Shown: positions 38,948 to 51,868 of the stretch, piece after piece
Layout: every line of letters starts with the position of its first letter
Numbering within the stretch: position 1 is the stretch's first letter
DNA from: Octopus sinensis
Lineage: Eukaryota
Reading direction: 5' to 3'
Length of the DNA stretch: 64,000 bases
Assembly: GCF_006345805.1 (NCBI RefSeq)
Contig: NC_043010.1
Coordinates: 34,658,001 to 34,722,000 of the forward strand
Made by a program: the position numbers and the translations under genes
Notes under the pieces: model-generated
What the model was told of the DNA's origin: nothing
The model's input: the letters and a program-made list of their open reading frames with translations, nothing else
The model's database searches: none

Positions 38948-39812
38948 ATATATATATATATATATATAGGCGCAAGTGTGGCTGTGTGGAAAATAGCTTG
39001 CTTACGAACCGCATACTTCCGAATTCAGTCCCACTGCATGGCACCTTGCACAAGTGTCTTGTATATGTCTATTGAATTTGATAATGCCAATTTTCTCCTT
39101 CAATTGTGAATCCTGTGATGATTGTACTTATTAAAGAGAAACAACAGTAGTAGTGGGCACAACCACATGGGGAGTGGAGAAGAACAACTGCTTCTACCTA
39201 TATTGCCAAAGGCCTTAGTCACTTGTCACTGCCTCTGTGAAGCCCGAAGTTTGAAGGTTGCTTTTTACATGCTACCAGTACAGGTGCTAGTTATGTGACA
39301 CTAAGTTTGGTATCTGTCCAGAGATAGTATTTCTTCTAAACTCAGTGTTTAAAATCAAAAACCACCCAGTAGCACAGGTGACATTGCTAAATGTGCATTT
39401 CTGTGTCTTTGGGCTTTGTCAATAGCACATGTTAGTGGCAACCTCATGCTAAGACAAAATCTGTGGTTACTCAAACATTTGTGCTTTTTAACAGTGTAAA
39501 TCAATAAGAGAAACTATCTTGGGACAACTATCAATAGTTCTGATGACTTGTCAAAAGCGCCCATGCTGTAAAGTACATTATGTAGAGTGGTTGGCATTAG
39601 GAAAGACATTCAACCATAGAAACCATGCCAAGGCAAATACTGGAACCTGAAGCAGTCCTCAGACATACCTGATACTGTTAAACCATACAACCCATGTCAG
39701 CGTGGAACATGAATGTTAAATGAGGATATACATACAAACATACATACATACATACATACATACATACATACATACATACATACATACATACATACATACA
39801 TACATACATACA

Positions 39813-39843
<31 letters not shown>

Positions 39844-40429
39844 GATGTATGTATGTATGTATATATGTATATATATATATACACACACACACTATTCATT
39901 GTAAATGTTACCAATCGTCCCCCATACATTTCACATTATATCCCTACTACTGTCCTTTATCACCTCCTCCTCTTCCTCCCCAACCCAGTCCTTTTTCCTT
40001 GCTTCCCCTCCCACAAAACTGACCACCTCAATCCCCACCTCTAATTATGTCACCCTCTTTGCACTTACCTAGCCAACCACTTTTTCTGTTCCTCTGTCCC
40101 TATTTCTTCTCTCATAGTTATCTTGTATCTTGAGATTATGCTCTCTCTCTCTTTTCAGCTGGGGAAGCCACATTGTCACTTCTTCAGCAAGACACTTGTT
40201 TCTATCCTTCTTCACATCCCTCAGTAGTATATCCTACACAGTTCAGGAGTCATGTCTCATGACTATTTGGTGACCTCTCATGAGCTGGTGCCATGAAAAA
40301 AGCACCCTGTGTAGTCCATAAAATGGTTGGCAGAAAAAAACGGATAAAGTCACTGAGAAAGTCTAAGTTTGTGACAGGATAATTAAGTCTTGTGTAATTT
40401 TAAACAAGACCTCACCAACAGTATATCCA

Positions 40430-40765
40430 CTGATGCATTACATTCAGAAGTGACAGATAAACAAATGGACTGTATCTATGAGATCCTCTTGTCAAATGCC
40501 ATCATAACTGATGAAAGTAACCTTGACATAAGAGCTGGTTATTTTAATGGACATGTTAGTTAATTCCATTGTACATGGAAACTATATGATAGTACAAGGA
40601 ATGATGAAGGATCAAGAGGAGTTTAAGACTGGTTTCAGTGAGAACCTGTGCATACTGCAGACCAAGTTCTTAAAGTTGAATCAGTTGAAGAATTAGAGAA
40701 CAGATTCCAAGTGTAGAAGAAAGCTTAGAATCAAGAAGTCATAAAGTAAACCTAGCAATGACAAA
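40430..40765 (+). mobile_element. RTE LINE remnant: endonuclease piece joined to RT motif region
   Basis: AGYFNGHV...RNDEGSR (APE) directly followed by degenerate LYADD...ESVEELENRFQV...KVNL. Confidence 0.7.
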
Positions 40766-41049
40766 TGATTTAGTTTACAGGAAAGAAGTAGGAAAGGAAT
40801 TTCATACTGTGTAAGCAGTGTAAATTATAAGTGCACAAGAGGGATAGTGGAACACAAACAGGTAACAAACGAGGATTTTGAATCGGTTTTCCGTTTATAT
40901 AGTTTCCATCGTGAGCCTCATTGTGATCTTGCGCATAGCAAATGGATGCAGGTGAGGTCTCACTCCAGTCTCGGAGATGGCTATGGCTGCCACGAGATCT
41001 CATCTAATATGGCACTAGCTGCTTGTGCCGCTACACATGTTATTATACG

Positions 41050-41340
41050 ATAATAATAATGTTTGTCCGTTGTTGTTGATAATGACCAAAGACATCACAT
41101 GGAAGAAGAAGATGGGTCACAGTGTGTCCAACTGTGGCTGATCAGTCCAATGTGTGCTAGGAAGGTTCTGCTGCTGGTTGAGCATGTGTAGTTTGCTAAG
41201 AATGAAGGCAAGGAATTAGTTCTGGACTTGTGCAGCTCGTATTTTTTCTTTTTGCTCCTGTGATCCTATTCTGTTTGTGGTGTACCTATGCCAGGAAGGG
41301 TAGTCCTGTGCTTGATTTCCAAGAAATATAAGTAATTAGT
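41050..41340 (-). mobile_element. RTE (BovB-like) LINE 3' end
   Basis: YTCSTSSRTFLAHIGLISHSWTH resembles the RTE C-terminal C2H2-like CPTCxRTFRARIGLISHxRTH. Confidence 0.75.
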
Positions 41341-41359
41341 GTTAAGAGCAGCCCTAAAA

Positions 41360-41590
41360 TAACTTTTTCCAATGCTTGAAGAAATCCCATGAAGCAGTTG
41401 GTAACTTTAGCAACTTAGTTAACCAAATTAGCAGTGGAGGAGAGTGTTCTAAAAGTATAGAACCCAATGTAAAAATAGGGTGGAAAAAGTTCAAGGATCT
41501 ATTAGATCTGCTGTCAATAAAGTTATTTCCCTTCAAGTGAAGGGTAGATTATCATATAAAGCATTTGTATGAAGTGTTGTGTTACATGAT
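41360..41590 (+). mobile_element. Continuation of the RTE remnant at 40430
   Basis: VGNFSNL..QISSGGECSKS...VKIGWKKF.DLL...VKGRL matches the post-RT RTE region. Confidence 0.7.
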
Positions 41591-42249
41591 AGCACATTAG
41601 CCTTGAATGAAGTGGATGAGTAAAAAATGGGGGAAAAAATCAGGTGAGTATAGTCTGTAGGACTTGTAATGCTAGTTGTATGAATGATGGAACCTGAATG
41701 AGTTTGGAGGAAAACTTGCTTTGATAGAGTAGAGAAAATGAAGTAGAGTAAATATCAGTATGGATGGAGGGAAACGGTGAGGAAAAAACAATAATGGAAA
41801 TGAGAGGAGCTAGAAAACTACAAGAAGGATCTACAATTTGTAAAATTGGAGGGGAAAAAGAAGTAAAAGAAACATAAATTATCTTGTGTATTGAAATAGT
41901 ATAAGATAGAATGTAATTAAGAAACTGTGAAGATATCTATATGCTTAATAAAAGTGTATATGTAAAAAACAGATGTATATACTGATAGACACTGATGCAT
42001 ATATTTACATACATATCCATATAAACACACATGTATGCATGCACACATACACACACACATATATTTGTGCATACTTACATATGTTTATGCATATATATAC
42101 ATACATAAATATGTATGCGTAAATGTATATATAATCACATACAAATATATATATGTATGTATGTGAGTGTGTGTGTATATATATATATATATATAATATA
42201 CACATATATGTGTGTGTGTGTGTATGTTTGTGTGTACTTATATATATAC

Positions 42250-42280
<31 letters not shown>

Positions 42281-42919
42281 TACACACACACACATTTATT
42301 TGTTTATATGTATGTATTCAGTAACTAATTTAGATATCATAAGGCCCTAAGCTATATAGAGCATGAAGTCCCTTTACTTAAAACTCGACCCCGAAGGTCT
42401 CACAAAAATTGAAAACTTATATGCCTTTTAATTATCTCTGAGGCTCAAATGGATTGTGAGGGCTTATGGGGTAGCATGTTTAGCTTATGTCTACACCCTG
42501 CACTGAGTATATACTTAGATGTAGATATTTAAGTGTACTCAAGTGTATGCACAGATGTATATACAGATAGGAGTTTATACAAAAACTAGTCAGAAGAAAC
42601 ATTTATACATTTATTATTTCTGTAATAATAAATGTATAAAGGTGGAGATGTATAAGCTGTATAAATGTATATACCTGTACATAACAGGTATACATACATA
42701 CATACATACATACATACATACATACATACATACAACATACATACATACATACATACATACATACATACATACGTACGTACGTACATATATACACATACAT
42801 ACATACATACACACATACATACTTATATACATACATGCATACATACATACATACATACATACATACATACATACATACATACATAATACATACTACATAC
42901 ATACATACATACATACATG

Positions 42920-43300
42920 ATGGCACTCTGTCGGTTAAGATGATGAGGGTTCCAGATGATCTGATCAATGGAACAGCCTGCTCGTGAAATTAATGTGTAA
43001 GTGGCTGAGCACTCCACAGACATGTGTACCCTTAACGTAGTTCTTGTGGAGATTCAACGTGACACAGAGTGTGACAAGGCTGGCCCTTTGAAATACAGGT
43101 ACAACAGAAACAGGAAGAAAGAGTGAGTGAAAGTTGTGGTGAAAGAATACAGCAGGGTTCACCACCACACCCTGCCGGTGCCTCATGAAGCTTTAGGTGT
43201 TTTCGCTCAATAAACATTCACAACGCCCGATCTGGGAGTTGAAACCACGATCCTAAGACCGCAAGTTCGTTGCCCTAACCACTGGGCCATTGCACCTCTA
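42920..43300 (-). mobile_element. SINE family B
   Basis: tagaggtgcaatggcccagtggttaggg head on the minus strand; body homologous to 18867. Confidence 0.8.
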
Positions 43301-43899
43301 CAACATACATACATATATACATACATACATTTTTAACTGAAGTTGAAAGCTTGTCTTGCAACTTTGAGTTTCACACCCCAGTGATTTTCAGGTGAGACAA
43401 TTTAATAAAATCTATATATATGTATGTTTGTGTGTGTTTGGTGTACCGTGACACTAGTCAACTATATCTGGGAAATATGAGACTAGAATATTGACCACAA
43501 CAGCAAATGCAGGTCCTTGTTAAGACTGATAGAATACATCAATGGATCAATGAAATGCATACTTTATCTAACAGAAAGAACACATTTTATTCAGATTAAA
43601 ACTTGGGAAACTGTCTTAACATCAAAAATGAGATCTGCACCAAATGTCTCCTCACCTGTTAGAGTGCTCTGTCTTATTATGTCCATCATCATCAGACAAG
43701 TCTTATCACACTCCTTTGGTCTTATGTTTTTACTTCATTCACAGCTTTGGGTTGGTTGACCAATGCCTTGTAAGTGGATTTGAAATTCAGACAATGGGAG
43801 TTGTATGGAAGTCTTTTGTATCAATCTGTTCATCCATTTACTCATCCATCCATCCAACCTGTCACCCACCCACTTACCCACTTATCCAACTAGCCAACA

Positions 43900-44345
43900 A
43901 GTCATTGTGTGGTAAGAAGTTTGCTTCCCAACCACATGATTCCAGGTTCAGTCCCACCGCATGGCACCTTAGGCAAGTGTCTTCTACTATAGCCTCGGGT
44001 CAACTAAAGCCTTATGAGTGGATTTGATAGATGGACACTGAAAGAAGACCATCGTATATACATACATACCTACATACATACATATATATACATACACACA
44101 CACATATATATATATATATGTTTGTATCTTTGTGTCTGTGTTTGTCCCCCCACTATTACTTGATAACTGCTTGTGGTGTACTTATGTCCCTGTAACTTAG
44201 CAGTTCAGCAAAAGAGACTGATAGAATAAGTACTAGGCTTACAAAGAATAAGTCTTGAGATCGATTTCTTTGACTAAAACCCTTTCAGGTGGCGTTCCAG
44301 CATGGGTACAGTCAAATGACTGAAACAGGTAAAAGAATAAAAGAA
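43900..44345 (+). mobile_element. SINE family A
   Basis: gtgtggtaagaagtttgcttcccaaccacatgattccaggttcagtccc head, central TA/TG tract, (AAAAGAAT)n tail. Confidence 0.88.
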
Positions 44346-44504
44346 TATGCTTATTCTCTCATTCAAAGAGACAAACATATAATAAATAAGTATGTGTGTA
44401 AGTGTGAGCGTGTGTTTGTGTGTCTGTGTATATGTGTTTCACTGATGAATATCAGTAAAAGATATTAATATCAATGAGAGAACTGAAAAACATCTCTGCT
44501 TTCA

Positions 44505-44948
44505 AATCTCTCTTTACTCTCTCTTTACTCTCTCTTTACTCTTTTACTTGTTTCAGTCATTTGACTGTGGCCATGTTGGAGCACCACCTTTTAGTCAAAC
44601 AAATCGACCCCAGGACTTATTCTCTTGTAAGCCTAGTACTTATTCTATCAAGCTCTTTGCTGAACCGCTAAGTTACAGGGACGTAAACACACCAGCATCA
44701 GTTGTGAAGCGATGTTGGGGGGACAGACACAGACACACAAACATATACACACACACACATACATATACATGTATATACATAAATATGATGGGCTTCTTTC
44801 AGTTTCCGTCAACGAAATCCACCCACAAGGCTTTGGTTGGCCCGAGGCTATAGCAGAAGACACTTGCCCAAGGTGGCATGCAGTAGGACTGAACCCGGAA
44901 CCATGTGGTTTGTAAGCAAGCTACTTACCACACAGCCACTCCTATGCC
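44505..44948 (-). mobile_element. SINE family A, inverted relative to 43900-44345
   Basis: Full reverse-complement homology. Confidence 0.88.
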
Positions 44949-45893
44949 TAGAGATAAAAATTTTAAAAAGTGTGATATTTGTTCCTCCTAACTGACACTT
45001 CCTTACTGTTGCTTCTGTCAGAAACATAAGGAACCCAAATGGAAAAGCCTGCAACTGGAAACCAGCTATAAAAAATAAACTAATAAGCAACAACTACATC
45101 AGTCCCAAGTGATACTTTTATTTGTTGTTAATTTGCAATTATATACAGTTATATTTTAAGACATTTAGTCCAACACTACTATGTCAGCTTTGTTACAATT
45201 TGATCTGAATGACATGTGGCATATTGCCCACTTATTTCAGGCTCCATGACATCTTAATGGGGAGGGTGCAGCATCCTGAGGTGTGTCTTCACTACTTCTC
45301 CTCTCATGTCTTCTTCAGTCTCCTCCTTTTCCTTGAGGCTAGTAGTGATGGTGATGGTATTGGCAGTGGTGGTAGTTTTAGTGTAATTTTATGCTTGTTT
45401 TATTTGATAGGGTGAGAATTCTTGTACACGGGGTTTGCTCTCTGAATCTTTATGGGTCCGCTTTGAGCTCTCTCTCTCTCTCTCTCTCTTGTACGCTAAT
45501 TATTAATGGTTTCAAATTTTGGCACAAGGCCAGCAATTTCGGGAAGCAGGGTAAGTCAATTACATCAACCCCAGTGTTCAACTGGTACTTATTTTATCGA
45601 CTCCAAAAGGATGAACAACAAAATTGACCTTGGTGGAATTTGAACACAGAATATAAAAAAAGATGAAATACCACTAAGCATTTTTCCCTAGAGTGATAAC
45701 ATTTCTGTCAGCTTTTGTTCATTAATTTTTAATGGATATGTAATTACATTTGTTGGCTAACCTACAGAAAATTGCAAGAAAAAATTCCCTCACACATGCA
45801 TCACATGCATCAACAAAATTATAGAAATGATACACACAGCATTTTAGATGAACCAAATGCTCTTGGTCATAGAATGGATGAATATATCATTAA

Positions 45894-46349
45894 CCTTCTT
45901 TCTACCATAATTCACTGCATCAGTTTCTTTTAATTTAAAACTAATAAAGAATTTAGTGAAATAACATTGTGGTTATCAATCTGGAGTTTGGAACATAAAT
46001 TACTTTGAAATTCTGATGGAAGGATTTAATTTAGGCCATTTTAAATCAGTAGTTCTCAATAATTTTTTTCTACTTATGGAACACTTTTATTCCTATTTTA
46101 CTCTGATGGACCCTCATAGCCATTTGATGTCTAAAAACTCCTGTTATATTTTTATGATTAAATATTATTAAGAATTGTATTAAAAAAATGTTTGACTATT
46201 TTGTATATTGTAGAAATATAACCAGTTTATTGCACCTAAATTTTAACAACAGAATCTTATATGGATCCCCACCCACAAGAACCATATCGAGAACCACTGT
46301 TTTAAATCATAGAACAAAGTGTGGTCTCAGGTTGATTGGTATTAATGGG
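45894..46349. mobile_element. Possible piggyBac-like MITE hosting a hAT MITE
   Basis: TTAA|CCTTCTTTCTACC ... GGTATTAATGGG|TTAA, with an imperfect TIR. Confidence 0.45.
46047..46299. mobile_element. 253-bp hAT/Charlie-like MITE, perfect 8-bp TSD
   Basis: CAGTAGTTCTCAA ... TCGAGAACCACTG; TSD TTTTAAAT at 46039-46046 and 46300-46307. Confidence 0.88.
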
Positions 46350-47079
46350 TTAAAGAAGTAGTAAAATAATCTATATCTATAAAACTGTCCTTGGATGAAA
46401 ATTGTATGCACATTTTGCTTTGATGGTTAATGGCGGCCAAACTGAGGATAGAATCAAGCTGAAAATTGGCAGGGATACTAAATGCTTGGTGAGGATGAGA
46501 CCCGTGATGGTTAAAATTTGCAAGCTATAAAGATGTGGTTGCTATGGCAAAAAGAGTAATTTTTTATCGATTCAAGGGGGCCCAGAACCCCTCTAGGTTT
46601 GTGCGATTGGATTTTAATGCCCAGTGGCATGCACTGCAGGCTGTTGTGCTTAATAAACATACATTTAGTCATGAAATTCTGGCTACTAGGAAACGATTTT
46701 TCATTGTGAAAAAACGAGTGCTTTTTGCCCTCATTTTCTTTTTAATTTTTAATAAAATTTTCGTTTTTTTTTTAAATTCCTCATCTTTAAAATGTTGCCT
46801 GAGTAGACCCAAATGAAATCAGGTTATAATGCTAGTATAAAATATATCTGACCTGAATCACAAATGAACAGTTAGAATGAATTATAGAATCATCAGAATT
46901 AAAAACCTTTTCAGCACCTTATCACAAACTTACCAGCCACAGAGCAAACTCCAGAAAAACAATATAATACACAAATGTCAAAGTAATCATGAGAGTTGTA
47001 AACATTATGACTCAAACTGTTACATTTTCTCGTTAGCTGACCCTGTACTTGGTTAGTTCACATTAATCCCACAAGGAAT

Positions 47080-47290
47080 ATCGGATTGGTTTCCTGGTTG
47101 CTCTGGTGTATATATTCCTCCCTGGGTGGGGCGCTGGTCTGTTGCAGGATTACTTATTTTTACCAGCTGAGAAGATTGGAGCAGTGTGAAATGAAATGTT
47201 TTGCTTAAGAACACAATATATCACCTAGTTCAGGAGTCAAAACCACAATCTTACAATCTTACACTCTAACCTCTAAGCCATGTGCCACCA
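47080..47290 (-). mobile_element. SINE family B variant, CpG-decayed
   Basis: ggtggcacatggcttagaggttagag head; ttcttaagcaaaac core. Confidence 0.7.
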
Positions 47291-47786
47291 TTGTATTTGT
47301 AGCATTATTATTCAAAACACAAAACTAGTTTTAAAAAATATTAGCCAGATAACACTATCTCCTAAGATTTAAGGAAAAGAAAATGAACTAAGATAGCATT
47401 GTTAATAGAGAAATACAAACAAAAAATCAATACACAGATTCAAAACATAGGAAGTATAACAACAAACATAAAAGCAAACAAGCTGACCATTAAATAATTT
47501 TGAATCAGGCAATGATGATTTTATGTTCCCTGGCTGCTTACAAACAAAATGCTGCAACAATGTGCAACTGTCACCATTTCATTCAGAAGATGAAGACAAG
47601 GTCTTTAAACATCAATGGCTTAAGAAACATTATTGTTCCAAACTAAGTCTGAAGGATATATAAGAAAATATGAAGGATTTTTAATACAGAAGATTAAACT
47701 CAAAACACAGCTATGTCTTTATTATATCCTTTTTGAAAGGAAAGTTATTCTCTGTGAATACAAATGCACACATCTATCTACCTCTG

Positions 47787-47817
<31 letters not shown>

Positions 47818-47922
47818 TGTGTGTGTGTGTTGTGTGTGTGTGTGTGCGCGCGCGCGTGCGCGCGTGTGTGTATTCATGGAGAATAACTTTTCTTTCAAAC
47901 GTGATATGATAAAGACAAGGCT

Positions 47923-48635
47923 GTGTTTTGGGCTTGGGTGAGGTTGGGAAGTTGGAATGTGGGCAGTCTTTGTAGAAGGGGAACTGAGGTGTGTGAGGAA
48001 TTGACGAAGTGGAGTGTGGATGTGTGCTGTGTGCAGGAGGTTAAGTGGAGGGGCCAGGGTGCAAAATTTGTGGGGGTCAAGGGAAGAAGGTACAAGTTGT
48101 GGTGGTCAGGAAATAGCAGGAGCATTGGGGGTGTGGGAGTTTTGGTGAAGGAAGAAATCTGTGAGAAGGTGGTGGAGGTCAGGAGAAAGAGTGACAGAGT
48201 GATGATAGTAGTGTTAGCATTTGAGGAAGAAGTGGTGAGGGTGATTTGCTGGTATGAGAGACCAATGGTGAGAGAAATGTGTGGCATGAGGCTGTTTGAT
48301 AAGAGGAGGACTGAGGACTTGATGGGGATGCTGGGGTTGGAGGAATCAGTGGAATGGTTGGCAAGGGCAAATGGAGTTTGGTGGTATGGACCTGTGTTGA
48401 TGAGGGATGAGGAGCATGTTCTGAAGAGGGTGCTAGAGTTTGAGGTAAATGGACAGCGAAGGTAGACTGAAGAAAGTGTGGAGGGGACAGGTGGAGGAGG
48501 AGATTGACAGGGTTGGCATGAGAAGGGAGGACATCTAAAACCAGGCAAGATGGTGTGAGGGTGGTTGCTATGCATTGAGGTAGATCCAGCCCCCTGTTAA
48601 TGGAGACAAAACCTAGATTCCAACTGATGGATGAA
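47923..48635 (+). mobile_element. Internally deleted RTE LINE with open 180-codon EN / post-RT fusion ORF
   Basis: LGSWNVGSL...DVCCVQEVKW...GVGVLV...DRVM (APE) fused at VICWY|ER to MVREMCG...LEES...WYGPVLMRDEEHVLKRVLEFEVNGQRR. Confidence 0.88.
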
Positions 48636-48673
48636 TATATATATATATATATATACATACATACACACCACAT

Positions 48674-48741
<68 letters not shown>

Positions 48742-48794
48742 TATAGATGTATACCTACATATACATTATACATAAATATATATATATATATACA

Positions 48795-49671
48795 CTAGCA
48801 GAGATACCTGGTGTTGCTTGGGATTAAAATGGCATAGTTTGTATATAATATATTACAGTTATGTTGAAACAGGTGATATGGGAAAGTGCAGCATTGACGA
48901 CAAAACATTTGTGGAGTAAATTATGGGCTAATTCAACTAAACGACATGTCATGCCTCTCTTTGGAGTATTCCAGGCTCTAACCTGTCATGGAAATTGCAG
49001 GTGTGGCGTATGTGATTTTCGTTGTCAGTGGATAGACTTTCCTTTGCCGCTGTCTGTCTTGAGACTCCATTTGATGGGCTGCAGCATGCATTTGCTGATC
49101 TTGGGAAAGTCACATCTCCCTTTTCTCTTGAGACTCCATATAGATATATTACATTGTGTCTGGGGAGAGTCATTCTCTTTTAGTGCCTTATTAATTTAAT
49201 GAATGCTGTAGCACATCAAATGGAGTCTCTGCTCCTCTCTCTCTTGAGACTCTTGCCTTCAGTTTTCTACAATCCTCCTTGCTTTATAGTGCTTTATAGT
49301 TGTTTCTGGAGAGATAACATCTTTTCTTTGGTGGCATCTTTCAATATTGTAAGCAAAAAATTATGAACATAGAAAAAAATTTTATATTAATCGCTATTTT
49401 TGTAAGCAGTTGTATGTATAAACAATATTAGGGTCTTATGAAAAGTGAAAGAATAAAAGTGAAACAATATTATACCACTGAAAAAAGATCAGAAGGGTTG
49501 TATAGGGAGGGCTACAGCCCCCTATATTGGCAAGGGCCAAAACTTGACTCCCCTAGAACCTTCTCCGAGTAATGTGAAACCTTCATGCCAAATTTGGTAC
49601 AGATTGACCCAGCGGTTTTGCCATGCCCAGAGGAAAAACATACACACACAACACACAGTGGATTTCATAGA
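48795..49671 (-). mobile_element. Non-autonomous Helitron-like element
   Basis: Minus strand ends CCCAAGCAACACCAGGTATCTCTGCTAG|T; candidate A|TC start at 49671. Confidence 0.65.
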
Positions 49672-49829
49672 TATATTATATTGTGTCTGGAGAGAGTCGT
49701 TCTCTTTTAGTGCCTTATTAATTTAACAACCTCACCGGTCCGATTTCCACTCATTTACTATAAAGCAAACCATATACAAAAACGAAATAAAATTAGCTTT
49801 ACAGATATATCTATATATATATATATATA

Positions 49830-49910
49830 TTGTATTTAGGAACGGTCATTTTGCCAGTTTAGCCAATAAATTATTGGCTAAACTGGCAAAATGACCATTC
49901 CTAAATACAA
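49830..49910. repeat. 81-bp near-perfect palindrome (40-bp arms, 1-nt spacer)
   Basis: TTGTATTTAGGAACGGTCATTTTGCCAGTTTAGCCAATAA-A-TTATTGGCTAAACTGGCAAAATGACCATTCCTAAATACAA; one mismatch. Confidence 0.95.
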
Positions 49911-50183
49911 CAACATCTGTTTCAACACATGATTTCACATCAAGAATCTTGCAAAACAAATATATAAACATATATATATATTACAAATACTACATACATA
50001 TATATATATATTAATATATATATATATATATATTATATATATACTATATGCATACATACATACATATATATATATTATACTATGCATAAATTAGTACAGG
50101 ATGTCACCAACAGTAAACAACATGAAATACGGAAACAAATGAGTTCAATACACAAACAATGAGAGAAACAAATGGAAAACAGG

Positions 50184-50214
<31 letters not shown>

Positions 50215-50241
50215 CACATATATACATAAATACGTACATAC

Positions 50242-50273
<32 letters not shown>

Positions 50274-50430
50274 ACACACACACACACACACATAATTCAT
50301 TATGTGTGTGTGTGTGTGCATGTGTTTCCTCTATGCGCAGCCAAACTGCTGGATCAATCTGAATGTTTTTCATTACTCATGGAAGGTTCTAGAGCAGGGT
50401 CACTAACTTTTTTACTTTTTTCAAAAACAG

Positions 50431-50484
50431 AAATATGTTTTACATACCTGTCATATACGTCGGTTTTGTTTTTTCGCTTTAAAG
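50431..50484 (+). CDS. Candidate 54-nt exon of an unidentified gene
   Basis: Branch-like CACTAAC, pyrimidine tract, AG acceptor, AAG|GTAAAT donor; two open frames. Confidence 0.3.
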
Positions 50485-51057
50485 GTAAATGATTCTGATA
50501 GAAGTAAACACGCTATTGAATAATTCTCTGTCGTACGTCTACAACCCCACCTCTTTTTAAAACGCTTTTTAATTGTGATAATGAAACAAGAGGTTTAGTC
50601 CTTACTGCCAAAATTCATTTCTCCTGGGAACTATAATGGCGATGATGTCTTCATTCCACGGATCCCATTAGTCGCATATGACCTTCCCTATGAATTTAAA
50701 TGGCTCTGAAACTAAGTTTTGCTATGTTCATAAACAAATCTCAAGCACAATCTCTCAACGTTGTTGGACTTAATCTTACTTCTTTCATGGGCAGCTATAT
50801 GTAGGGTGTTTGCGAATTGGAAGCCCCAAAACTCTTTTTCTTTGTACACCAATTAAAGGATACACTGAAAATATTGTATATTTAGAAGTTCTACAAAATT
50901 AAACTGTGACTGATTTCAGGATTTGTTTTAATAACGTTGGTTATACTCACATCATCTGATAGAATTTTTCTGAAGATATCTTTTTTATCAGAATGAATAT
51001 ATTTATTTCCTTTAACATTCTTTAAACTTCCTAGCAACATTGGGTACTCAGGCTAGC

Positions 51058-51126
<69 letters not shown>

Positions 51127-51172
51127 CATACATACATACATACATACATACATACATACATACATACATACA

Positions 51173-51206
<34 letters not shown>

Positions 51207-51746
51207 GCACATGCCTGGCAATTGGAACATACATATTAATTGATAGCAAGGTACAGTATTTCATTTTGCAACCATATTATGCTACCAAGTATATTAAAGA
51301 TTTACAAGCCATGTAAATCATTAACATCATCATCATCAGCATTATACTCATTTCATACTTGTCTTCCATGTTGTCATAGGTTGGATGGTTTGATAAAGAG
51401 TTGCATCTGGCCCCAACATCAGCTTTGGCATGGTTTCTACAGATGGATGCCCATCCTAATGCCAACAACTTTACAGTGCGTACTGGGTGGTTCTTCCATG
51501 ACACTGGCACTAGTGAAGTTGCCAAGTCACTTACAAAAAAAAAAAAAGAAAGGAAAGAAAGAAAAACCTATTTGACTGAGTGGTATTGTATTTGAGTGCG
51601 AGAAAGGTGGATTTATGCCTGGTGTTGAAGGGTAAAGTATGATAGAGAGACAAGCACAGGTACTGTATCCCTGTTGACAAGCTCCTAATATTTAAAATAG
51701 CGTTAAGACTTATGGTCTGCAAATTAGTAGCTCTGATTTTCTATAG

Positions 51747-51868
51747 CTACTGTAATTGCTGAGAATATAAATAAATTAGCTGATTATTTCTCTGGGGTTT
51801 GTCACATTGATGAAGATGCCCCTGATGAGAATCCAATAAAAAGTTTTTCATCATTCCTTTCAATCTAG
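51747..51868 (+). CDS. Candidate terminal coding exon
   Basis: ctctgattttctatag acceptor; TVIAENINKLADYFSGVCHIDEDAPDENPIKSFSSFLSI*; phase-compatible with 50431-50484. Confidence 0.25.

Noticed and set aside
46920-47040. Strong minus-strand donor GGCTG|GTAAGT (similar at ~18220 and ~43650)
   Set aside because: Could not be chained into a coherent reading frame with other candidates.
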